Origin: the human T2T-CHM13v2.0 reference genome, Homo sapiens
DNA length: 64,000 bases
Strand: one strand, 5' to 3'
NCBI RefSeq assembly: GCF_009914755.1
Contig: NC_060926.1
Made by a program: the position numbers and the translations under genes. Positions 22,101 through 35,579 of the stretch are shown in pieces. How positions within the stretch are numbered: the first letter of the stretch is position 1; each line of letters opens with the position of its first letter. A model generated the notes under the pieces. The model was not told the DNA's origin. It saw only the letters and a program-made list of their open reading frames with translations, and did no database searches.

Positions 22101-24940
22101 TGGCTACACCTGGCTGCTTCCACACCACACACTTCTGAAAACCCCACTGTGTTGTCTCTGTCTTGGAGGGAAAACAAGTTTGTGTGCTTTTTCTGGGTTC
22201 ATTAGCAGAGCTGGTTGCCTGAGTTGGGTCCCAGCACTGCTCCTGCTGGTAAAGTTCTGCAGGTGTGTGGCTTGTCCTCTAGTTCAGCGGGAGAAACCGA
22301 TTCTAAGGTTGCCGTATAATTAGCAGGGTCTCCTTTCCCTCCTTTAATCAGCTGCTAACACCTCCTGGCTGTTTAATATCACAGTCAGCCCAGTTATAAA
22401 CACTAAAGGACATGCTCTTGAAATAATTAAAAAAAAAACTCTGCTCAGTAACAAACATAAAACCCGTCATTATTTAATACAGAGGAATGTTGTGTTATAA
22501 CAAAATGGTGGTCTTATTCCTGATGCTTTATTCTGATTGTGGGATTTTTTTTTTTTTTTGAGGAGGCAACTTCTCTGTATAAGGAAACATTGTATCTTTT
22601 GTTTACTTTCATCCATCTGATCTGAGACAAAATACACAACAATCTTTCACTCAAGAGCAATTAGTCCTATTCCTGTTTCAGAAAAGGGTTGAACATGTAG
22701 ACTCAAAGAAGAGAGAATTCTCCCCAAAATGACTATCCATTAAGTCGTAAACATGACTTGGAGGTTAATTTCCTATAGCAAATAACCGTAATTTCCTTGA
22801 AATCTAGTTCTTTATGTAATTAAAGTTATTTATTTGAGGACTTAAATGTACTTTAACATTTTACATGCCCTTAGTATCTGTGTAAAATTCAATATTTGGA
22901 GCCTGGGGCTGCATTCCCCTGCATATATAATTGCACCGCTGCTCTAACTCACACTGATATTCTTGTGACGATAGATGAAAATGCTAATGTACCGAGGAAA
23001 GGGAACGGGAGACAATCTGCGAATACCAGGCCGAACCCCGTTTGCCCTGGACCCTTCCAGAGTCCCTCAGATGAGGGTCAAAGCCTGATTTCTAACAGCA
23101 AGGCAGAGAGAGGGTCTCAGAGCGTGTTTATTGATACAGAATGTTGGAGACGGACAGACAGGCCTTTGCCTATGATCAAGCGACTTTCTGTGCAAATCTT
23201 ATGGAATGCGGCATTCCAGACTTTAAAGGGAAAGGGAGATCACCATGGCAACGGCACATGGGGGCTGGAGATGGGGGGGTTCCCTTGGGAGCTAAAAAGC
23301 CAGCAGAATTTTAAGCATTTGCAACTTAAAAAAGAAGAAGATGAAAACCGCACAACTCTGCCAAACACATCTACAGACATGGAATACGGTTAGAGGGTTC
23401 TTCAGAAAGATCCAAATAAACACAGCTCAGAGCCTGCACAATACGAGCTGGGAAAAAAATCGGCTAAAAAGTCCCCTGCAGGACCCGGTCTTCTCCATTG
23501 AAGAGGGAGACACAGTTGACGCCAAAGGGCTAACAAGGGGGAGCGTTTGAGGAGGCCGGTGGCTGCCTAGCAAGGGTCCTGGGCCAGGGATTTCCCTGCC
23601 TGTCTGCTCTTGAAGCCCTGGGTCCTGGTCTCTCCCAGCTGGAAAACACGGTTTTGTAGATGTAGGACCCAGGCGCAGTGGGGCTGGCTCATCTCAGCCG
23701 CTCAGAACCACACAGACTCCAGCCCACCCGCAGTTGGCTCATGGCTTCCAACACCGCAGCAAGGCTGTGTGTAGAAACAGCTTAGTTATCACAGACATCT
23801 CTTAGAATTGCAGATAATAAGCCGAAGAGAACCAAGTGTAAAAGTGACTGTAAGCGAATGCAGTTTGTGGTTATAGTATCCGTAAGAGAAAAAAAAAGGA
23901 CAGATTTATAAATGGGGCCAATTCAAACACTCTAGAAACTGCCTCCCCTGCCAGCTCTTTTATTTAAGAAAAAAAGGAGAGTGCTGAAAACGTGGGGCCA
24001 GCCCGTGCCCAGCTGGTCAAAGGCATCGGAGCGCCTGTGTCCCTGAAGGAGCTGGGCTTCAGCCCTGGCCTCTGCAGGGGTCTGAGGTGATGCCGGGGTA
24101 GGGGGGCAGGGTGGGGGACATCAATCAACACAAAATGCGGCAAATGCTTCCCTGGAAATGGCAACATAGCAGAGAGCCATGAGCACAGACGGGCCAGCTC
24201 CCGCAGCCGCCCTTCCGGTAGTGTCCATGCTCACGGGGCGGGAGGGCAGGCCGGGGATTATCTGGATCATGTAAGTCAGAACGTTGCTGTTCTGGGTGTG
24301 TGTGGTCAGGTCAGAGCAGACCTGATTTCTGGTGCAGTGGTGAGCCTGGTTTGTACAGGGACACACCCCAGACATGACCACCCTGCTGTATTTCACAGAA
24401 TCTCTGCTAGGCAAAGCCTCCAGCTATTTAAAACAGAAATAGCCCCAGCAGGGATGATGAGCAGGGGATTTTGGTGTTCAGTGATTTCGCCTTTGCAGGA
24501 AGGCAGGGTGGTGGTGGTGGGGGGGGGCGGGGTAGGGGGCGGGGTGAGGTCCTGGTGACCCCAGCAGGATCTGGCCTGGTTCCAGGCATCACCAGGTACT
24601 GGGCTGTGGCCTTGGGTAATTCATTTTTCCTCTCAGAGTCTCTATTTTCTCCTTTGCAAAATGGGTCTAATAATATCTTTTCCACCTTTAGGGACAAGCA
24701 CTCAAGAAGACAAAGGGAGGGTCAGTGGAAGGGAGGGGAAGAGGTGGGAGGTAAGGGGGCTTCAATAAGTGACCCTCTTTCCTTTTCTAATTGTAAAAGC
24801 AGCATATGATTGTCATAAAGGCACTAAAAAATGTAGAAATGCGTAAAGGAGATAATGGCCAGTAAAAGCCAGAGAGAGCCCTTGATAACCTCTCCCCTTC
24901 CTCCCTCTCCCTCTCTCACTTGCGAGGAGACCCATGACAT

Positions 24941-26430
<1,490 letters not shown>

Positions 26431-26619
26431 TTTAATTTTTTGTTGTTTCATAAACATCATTTTATAAGGGTTCTTCTCACTTCCTATATGAGAAACATCA
26501 TTCCTCCTAGATAAATTAGAGTTTCCAGCCATGGTTTCCAGCCTGTCTTTCTGCCTCCCCTCCACGCCCTCCCTCCTGAAACGGGGACCATGTCACGGGT
26601 GAGAACGCAGACCCTCGTT

Positions 26620-26790
26620 CAGGCTCCACTCTTAGCCACTGTGAATTCCTGGGCAAACGGCCTTCCCTATACAACAGTTTTCTCACATGTAGCATGGAGA
26701 TTGAGTAATGCTTACTGCATACATGGTGTGGATTAAACAAATTAATTTATGTGAAATCCTTAGCACCTGCAGGGAGCCCAGAATTCCATG
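26620..26790 (+). mobile_element. MIR relic
   Basis: Degenerate MIR core: CTGGGCAAAC...CAGTTTTCTCACATGTAGCATGGAGAT...GGATTAAAC...ATGTGAAATCCTTAGCAC. Confidence 0.6.
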
Positions 26791-27124
26791 AAAGAGTGGG
26801 CTCTGCTGTTACCAGTGGTGTTGTTATTTCTCATTCCACGCAGGGGGTCTCATCTGGGTTCTGGTGGAAGGATATGGCAGAATCCCCGGGAGGAGGGGGG
26901 CTCCTGGATATGCTAACAGATGAAAGCCTCTCCATGCAAGCAAATGGCTGGGAGGAGCCGATGGTTCCTTGTGCCTGGGCATTGCCCATCCTCCTGTCAA
27001 CTCCTCTCACATCTATCTTTAGGTGGACAATGTTGTCATCTCCATTTGTGGCTGAGAAAATGGAAACCTTAGAAAGATCCAGTAACTATCCAAAGCCACT
27101 GACAGGATGCGACCTGAGGCCATC

Positions 27125-28290
27125 TGCCACGTGCTGCCACCCTAACCAGCCCCACAGGGAGAGCTGGCCGTGGCCTTCAATGACACTATGCCATGTGCTG
27201 CCACCCTAACCAGCCCCACAGGGAGAGCCGGCCATGGCCTTCAATGACGCTATGCCACGTGCTGCCACCCTAACCAGCCCCACAGGGAGAGCCGGCCGTG
27301 GCCTTCAATGACGCTATGCCATGTGCTGCCACCCTAACCAACCCCACAGGGACAGCCGGCCGTGGCCTTCAATGACGCTATGCCATCAGAGCTGCCACCC
27401 TAACCAGCCCCACAGGGAGAGCCGGCTGTGGCCTTCAATGACGCTATGCCACGTGCTGCCACCCTAACCAACCCCACAGGGACAGCCGGCCGTGGCCTTC
27501 AATGACGCTATGCCATCAGAGCTGCCACCCTAACCAGCCCCACAGGGAGAGCCGGCTGTGGCCTTCAATGACGCTATGCCACGTGCTGCCACCCTAACCA
27601 GCCCCACAGGGAGAGCTGGCCGTGGCCTTCAATGATGCTATGCCACATGCTGCCACCCTAACCAACCCCACAGGGAGAGCTGGCCGTGGCCTTCAATGAC
27701 GCTATGCCACGTGCTGCCACCCTAACCAGCCCCACAGGGAGAGCTGGCCGTGGCCTTCAATGACGCTATGCCACGTGCTGCCACCCTAACCAGCCCCACA
27801 GGGAGAGCCGGCCATGGCCTTCAATGACGCTATGCCACGTGCTGCCACCCTAACCAGCCCCACAGGGAGAGCCGGCCGTGGCCTTCAATGACGCTATGCC
27901 ACGTGCTGCCACCCTAACCAACCCCACAGGGACAGCCGGCCGTGGCCTTCAATGACGCTATGCCATGTGCTGCCACCCTAACCAGCCCCACAGGGAGAGC
28001 CGGCCGTGGCCTTCAATGACGCTATGCCACATGCTGCCACCCTAACCAACCCCACAGGGAGAGCTGGCCGTGGCCTTCAATGACGCTATGCCACGTGCTG
28101 CCACCCTAACCAGCCCCACAGAGAGAGCTGGCCGTGGCCTTCAATGACGCTATGCCACGTGCTGCCACCCTAACCAGCCCCACAGGGAGAGCTGGCCGTG
28201 GCCTTCAATGATGCTATGCCACGTGCTGCCACCCTAACCAGCCCCACAGGGAGAGCTGGCCTTGGCTTTCAATTATGCCATGCCACGTGC
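27125..28290. repeat. Minisatellite/VNTR, 64-bp GC-rich unit, about 18 copies (two 66-bp variants)
   Basis: Unit TGCCACGTGCTGCCACCCTAACCARCCCCACAGGGAGAGCYGGCCGTGGCCTTCAATGACGCTA. Confidence 0.98.
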
Positions 28291-28437
28291 CAGAATTTGC
28301 CAGAATTTACATCTTGACCGTGGTGGTGGTCACACAACTGTGGACATTTGTCAAAAGTAAAAAGGATGAATGTTACTGAATGCAAACCGTGCCTTAATGA
28401 AACACCCTGAATTGCATAAACATTTTTTTCCTTTTAG

Positions 28438-28583
28438 TTCAAAGGCATTTTCATGATATTTGTTGCACGGTTCGTTTGGTAATAAAGTCAAGAGGCAGCT
28501 GGAGGCTGATTTTGTCCAAGGCTCAGTTTGTAGGCTTTGAAATATCAGTGTTTCTTGGTCAGCATCACCTTTCCTGGAAAGAG
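28438..28583 (+). other. Candidate exon, 146 nt, probably non-coding if real
   Basis: Acceptor CATTTTTTTCCTTTTAG| and consensus donor GAG|GTGAGT. One frame is open but I do not recognise the peptide. Confidence 0.3.
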
Positions 28584-30874
28584 GTGAGTCTGTGGGAGAT
28601 CCCATGTGTAGACGGCAGATGCCAGGCTGGGCTCTCCAGGGTCAAATGAGCTAAGTCTGCAAGTCTAATGCAGGCGAGCACCTGCCGGGGAGCTGGGAGG
28701 CAGCGTCTTCCTGCTCACCTCCATTCTGAGAACTGTCATCAAGCTCCTCAGCCTCCGGGCTCTTTGAGCTTAAAAACACTACTCTTTTATGAGAATCGCA
28801 AAATTATCATAGGGTTCTGGCTCAGTTTAAAACTTAACCTGAGAGGTCTCTGGTGCTGCAGTTTTGTTCTGGAGGTGTTAGTACCCCTGCTTTATGGGGA
28901 GGATGTTTGCAGAGAGGAAACACGTGAGTGATCATACATGTATGTTGACGAGAGAAAAAAGCAAGGTGGCAATGACCTTTGTTGGGGCCCTGCCATCCTG
29001 GCCGGGATGCCGCAGTAGGACACCCCCTGCCCAGCACTGCCTGTGTGGCAGGAGGACAGCTGGTCACTGTGCCCACTGACATCACAGAGCCTGCAGGTCC
29101 CCTTCATGTCCGTGCCTGCCTCTCTGTCCCTGGACCACCCCTGCCCTGCCCACTCCCTGCTCCACATCAGCTTCTCACTAAGTCCTGGTTCCCTCCCATC
29201 CTCCTGTAACCTTTCCCTTCTGTGCCCTTCCCTCTGACAATAACTCCCACTGCGCACTGCTGCTCCGGAAAAGGGCTTCATTCGGCTCAACCTGGGTGGG
29301 CACCACAAGGATGCGGGGCTGTGCAATGCACGCTGGCAGGCGACAGAACACTTGGGTGGCTTTTGAAGTCAATTTTGTTGAATTAGTGTTGCCGGTATTA
29401 AGCACACAGGCGCACGCACATGCACATTCTTCCTGACATTCTCACATTTTGAGCAAATTCAGTGTAAATGAGACGGGAAGGTAACTGGGAGAATCTCTGT
29501 CCACAAGAACTACTTTTAAGGCCAGATCTCATTTTCAGTGAACGACTCTCTGTGTCTTTACTTGATTGTAAGGTTTAGATACATTAGAAATTTAGGTGAG
29601 GAAGGTGACAGAATCATGTTATGTCTTGATTGTGTGGTGGTTACACGACAGTATACATTTATCAAGACTGAAAAGGATAAATTTTACTGAATGGAAATCA
29701 CGCCTTAATAAAAAATGGAAAAACAATAGGTTGCAAGATGAAGAATTCAATAGATTAAACAGGTGTTTGAACTACATGACACCAACAGTCCATTGGCTAA
29801 TGTTTGTCATTTAATTAGCTGATTCAACGGGCTGTTTGGTAAAGAACCGATATCCAATTCTAAATTTGGCCAGGTTGGGGGAGGACACTCTGTCTTTTTG
29901 TCTTTCCAGCTCTCTTCCTTTCTAAGAAGCACTCTCCCTCCTTCTGGAGATCTGATTTCCCCCCATAACTTGATAAAGTTCAGAAAGCTAAGATTATCCC
30001 TCATTTCGAAGTGTGTTCAGATGGGCTTTTCCATCCCCCATCCCGGATAGAGCAAGAACGAAGGCTGGGGTCCACAGGAGGAGGACGGGGTGGGCAGGGT
30101 CAGATGAGCAGCCGCAGAGGGAAGCGGTCCAGAGGGAGCTCACGGAGCCCACCTGGGCCATTCTGAGGTTAAAAGATGCCTGGACAAGAAGGGCAAGGAC
30201 CGTGTTGCCCCATTTTCCAGCAGATGCCAGGTGTGAGGTCGCTTCATTGTCGGCTTGTTCTCTCTGGAGCTAGGGTTGTTCTCACAGTCCTTCTGGACAG
30301 TGAAGGAGGCCAGGGGTGTAATGAAGAGGGGACGCTGCAGCGAGGAAGAACCTGAAGCAACCATGGCACCAAAGAAGGTGGCCTGAGAAACACAAATGGT
30401 GGTCAGAGCGTGCTTCCCTCGGAAGAGAGCAGGTGTGATGCAGGAAGAGGATGGAGTCCTTCCATCTCGCCCGCTACCCATCTGTTTACTCCTAACTCTG
30501 GGTCTGCACCCACCAGGGGAATATGGAGCCTAGAGAAGGGAGGGCTGGGAAGGACCTTGGCATGGCAGCTGTTGGCTGCAGTAAGAAGAGACCACAGTGA
30601 AGCCACACGTTCTGTAGTCTGCCCTAGGAACTGTAAAGGCTGAGTTCACAATGCTGAAAGTTGAATTCATGGTGAAAATAATCAAGCTTTTAAAACATCA
30701 TCTCGAAATGCAGATATAAAGAATAAAAAATAAGAAAATGATGGGAGAGATAATGATAGACAGAGAAGACAGAATAAAGATCCAACTTATGAAAAATAAT
30801 AATTTCTAGAAAAAGAAAAAAAAAGCAAATCAAAGTTATAATAGAAGAAAACTTTCCTGAGTGATGTGAAAATA

Positions 30875-31203
30875 TCATTAAGCCCTCTGTATTCCAGGGT
30901 TTCCAATCTGCAGATTCAATCAACTGAGGATAAAAAATACTGGGAAAAACAATTAAATATAGTAATATGAAAATTAAAAATAATATAAATAAAATCAATA
31001 CAATATAACAACTATTTATAGGGCATTTACACTGTATTAGGAATTATAAATAATCTAGAGGTGATTTAAAGCAAACAGGAGGATGTGTGTAGGTTATGTG
31101 TAAATACTATGCCGTTTTATATCAGGGACTTGAGCATCCTTAAATTTTGGTCTGTTTGGGGGTCCTGGAATAAGTCTCCATTGGATACTGAGGGATGTTT
31201 GTA
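30875..31203 (-). mobile_element. MER2 (TcMar-Tigger non-autonomous element)
   Basis: AATCTAGAGGTGATTTAAAG..GGAGGATGTGTGTAGGTTATGTGTAAATACTATGCCGTTTTATATCAGGGACTTGAGCATCC...GGATACTGAGGGA, with degenerate TIRs. Confidence 0.85.
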
Positions 31204-31326
31204 CCTGAGTATCCAAGTCAATAGGATTCTTCAACATTACCCAAGTAGTTCACATTCTAGTGAACATTTGGAAGCACAATAGGAGGAAGGGAGGGATGCA
31301 AGGAAGGAAAAGAGGAGACAACAGAA

Positions 31327-31594
31327 GAGTGAACAGGAAACAAAATTTATTACACCATGTTTTTAGATAAGACTAAATATTACAAACATACAAATTCCTT
31401 AATTCAAATTAAAATTCCTACAGGATTTTAACTTCACAAAATAAGGAAGGATAAGAGAAGATAAAGAGGAGTGGACAGGAAACACAATTTCCTACAGCAT
31501 GTTTCTAGATAAGAAGACTAAATATTACAAACATATAAATTACTTAATTCAAATTAAAATTCGTATAGGATTTCTCTAACTTCACAAAAATAAG
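31327..31594. repeat. Diverged tandem duplication, period about 142 bp
   Basis: GAGTGRACAGGAAACA...GACTAAATATTACAAACATA...TTAATTCAAATTAAAATTC...AACTTCACAAAA occurs at 31327 and again at 31469. Confidence 0.9.
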
Positions 31595-31827
31595 TGCATT
31601 TGGAAGTCATGTGAAAATGGCTTCAACAAATAAGGAAAGGAAAAGAAAGATAAGAAAGGAAAGAATGGGAAGTGAAGATAAGGAAGAGATGGAGGAGGCC
31701 TAGCCCAAATGGATGTTACAGCACTTTTGAATCCACAAAAATTAAGTAGATTTATAGTCATTACAAAGGATCCAACAGTCATGAGATTTGTCCAGTCTTC
31801 TCCAAACACTTAAAACTGCTGATCTAA

Positions 31828-32120
31828 ATTTATTTATTTTGAGATGGTCTTGTTCTGTCACACAGGCTGGAGTGCAGTGGTGCCATCATAACTCACTGCA
31901 GCCTCCAATTCTGGGCTAAAGTGATTCTCTCAGCTTAGCAGCCTGAGTAGCTGGGTCTACAGGTGCATGCCACCACACCCAGATAATTATTATTTTTTTT
32001 TTTTGTAGAAATGGAGTCTTGCTGTGTTGTCCGGGCTTGTTTCAAACTCCTGGCTTCAAAGGATCCTTCTGTCTTGGCTTCCCAAAGTGCTGGGATTACA
32101 GGTGTGAGCCACTGCACCTG
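31828..32120 (-). mobile_element. AluJ
   Basis: J-type features ATCATAACTCACTGCAGCCTC, GTCTTGCTGTGTTGTCC and CTCCTGGCTTCAAAGGATCC; heavily diverged. Confidence 0.88.
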
Positions 32121-32711
32121 TTCTTTAAATTTAAAAATTGAGCCAAGACAAAAAAGCAAGAAAGGGAAACCAGTTCCCAGAAATCAAGAGGAAGCTCTCA
32201 GTTGGAGCAGTGAACAGGAGTCTCAGTGGTGTGCTCCAAAGAGGGTGTGCAGGTGGGCTGGAGTTCTCACAGTAGGAGGGGTTCAAATGACCATGAGAAG
32301 AAAGAATCCGGAATTTCTCTTCTTGTTTGAATCTAGGAGAGGAGAGTTTGGAAGTTTCCAAGCGTGAGCAGGGAGGGAGCAGAAAGATCTGTGTTTTGGC
32401 CACAGGTCATAGCCTGGAAGAAGAAATCCTTTAAAAGGCTGTGAAGTGAGAAGAAGCTCAGCCTGTGCTGTGTGCAGGTGTGAGGCCCAAAGTCACACTT
32501 CTATGCTCAGAGTGTGGAGACAGAAGGCTGAAAACCATGCTCACGGATGAGAAGTAGCTACAGCTGAGCCCAGTGTCAACTAAAATAGACCAAAGGGTCC
32601 ATTGCCCCAGAATGGGAATATTTGTACCCCAGGAACTAAAGTTAATAGAATAATCTGAATGAAACTGTAAACTAGACACACTTTAAATATTCAAAGAGCT
32701 AAAGGAAGGGA

Positions 32712-33140
32712 AAGAGTCCATTCCTGCAGCTGTAACAAAATTCCATGTACTGGGTAATTTATAAACAATGGGAATTTATTTCTCCCAGTTCTGGAGGCTG
32801 AGAAGTCCAAGATCAAGGGCCAGTAAACTTGGTGTCTGGTGAGGGCTGCTCTCTGCTTCCAAGATGGCGCCTTGTTGCTGCTGTGCCCTGTGGAGAGGAC
32901 AGACGCCGTGTTCTCTCTCACTTGACGAGGGGACCAAAGGCTGTGTCCTCACATGCCAGCAGAGTGGAAGCTGGAGGCAGTTCTCTGAAGTCTATTTTAT
33001 AAGGACATTAATTCCGTTCATGAGACTGGGGTCCTCTGGGCCTAATCACCTCCCACGGGCCCCAACTCTTCATAGCAACCCCTTGAGAGTCAAGCTCCAA
33101 CACAAGAATTTTGGGGGGATACATACATTCAAACTACAAA
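32712..33140 (-). mobile_element. MaLR solo LTR (MSTC/MSTD-like)
   Basis: CTGGGTAATTTATAAACAATGGGAATTTATTTCTCCCAGTTCTGGAGGCTGAGAAGTCCAAGATCAAG...CCTAATCACCTCCC...GAATTTTGGGGG..ACATTCAAAC. Confidence 0.82.
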
Positions 33141-33276
33141 AATCCTTAAAGCAAGAATAGGCAATTATGAAATAAGAATCAGCAAACGTGAAACATAATT
33201 AAGAAGGAATCCTAGGTTTATAAGAGGTAAAAAGAAACCTCCGAGAGTCGACGTGATGTCGCTGAAGTGGGAAGCC

Positions 33277-34720
<1,444 letters not shown>

Positions 34721-34968
34721 CAGAAAACTGGGGGAAGAAACCTGAAAACTCGTCAGCCTGCAGCACAGTGAGATAAAGAAATGGAAACACATATGAGAAA
34801 TTAAGAGACAGAGAGAACAAGATGAGGTGCTTAAATAGGCACCTCATAGAAGTTCTAGAAAGAGAACAGTGAGACTCTGGAATAGTCAATATTTGTAGAG
34901 GTAATGCCTGAAGTTTTTCCAGAATTGAAGGACATACATGGTGTGGTTTTAAAATATCCTCAAGTCCT

Positions 34969-35152
34969 AGACAGGATAACTAGAAACCAATTCCTGTGAA
35001 GACAGCGTAACAAACTGCAAAACACAAGGATAAGGAGAAAAATGTGAAAGCTACCCGGGAAGACAGGATAACTAGAAACCAATTCCTGTGAAGACAGCAT
35101 AACAAACTGCAAAACACAAGGATAAGGAGAAAAATGTGAAAGCTACCCGGGA
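34969..35152. repeat. Near-perfect 92-bp tandem duplication within an old L1 ORF1-like segment
   Basis: 34969-35060 and 35061-35152 are identical except for one CpG transition (CAGCGTAAC vs CAGCATAAC). Confidence 0.95.
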
Positions 35153-35503
35153 TTAAAAATCACCAAAAACAACAGATACAAGATGAAGGGTATACAGTGA
35201 GATGGTGGTACCCACCTCATCAGTAAGGCCGAATGTCGGCGTGCAGGGAAATTATATCCACAATCCTTACATTGTTCTGATCCAAGGACAGACAGACTTC
35301 ACAGAGCAGGAGAGATAACCTGGAAAGAGAGAAACGAAGTGAATATTCGACAAAAAATGGATCACAAACCAGGACGACTTGGAGGATTAGACAGTAAGTG
35401 GTGTTCATATAATTGGTTGGCTATTTAGAAAAACACATTATCTACTGTATACAACCCCAAATATTAAGATTAAAGAGTTAATTTTAAAATAATCATAGTG
35501 CAC

Positions 35504-35579
35504 AGCTTTGCACAGTGGTAATATCATAGCCCATGAGGTTTATCTGAGGCGCGATTATTGCTAATTAAAAGCTTCCCCA
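35504..35579 (+). pseudogene. 3'-truncated U4 snRNA retropseudogene (about U4 nt 1-76)
   Basis: AGCTTTGCACAGTGGTAATATCATAGCCCATGAGGTTTATCTGAGGCGCGATTATTGCTAATTAAAAGCTT aligns to the U4 5' end with about 8 substitutions. No Sm site or 3' stem. Diverged TSD AATAATCATAGTG / AATAATAATAGTG. Confidence 0.93.

Noticed and set aside
27125-28290. CCCTAACC in each unit as an interstitial telomeric or shelterin site
   Set aside because: Only one hexamer per 64 bp; the minus strand reads TTAGGGTG and lacks the TAGGGTT needed for TRF1/TRF2 binding.
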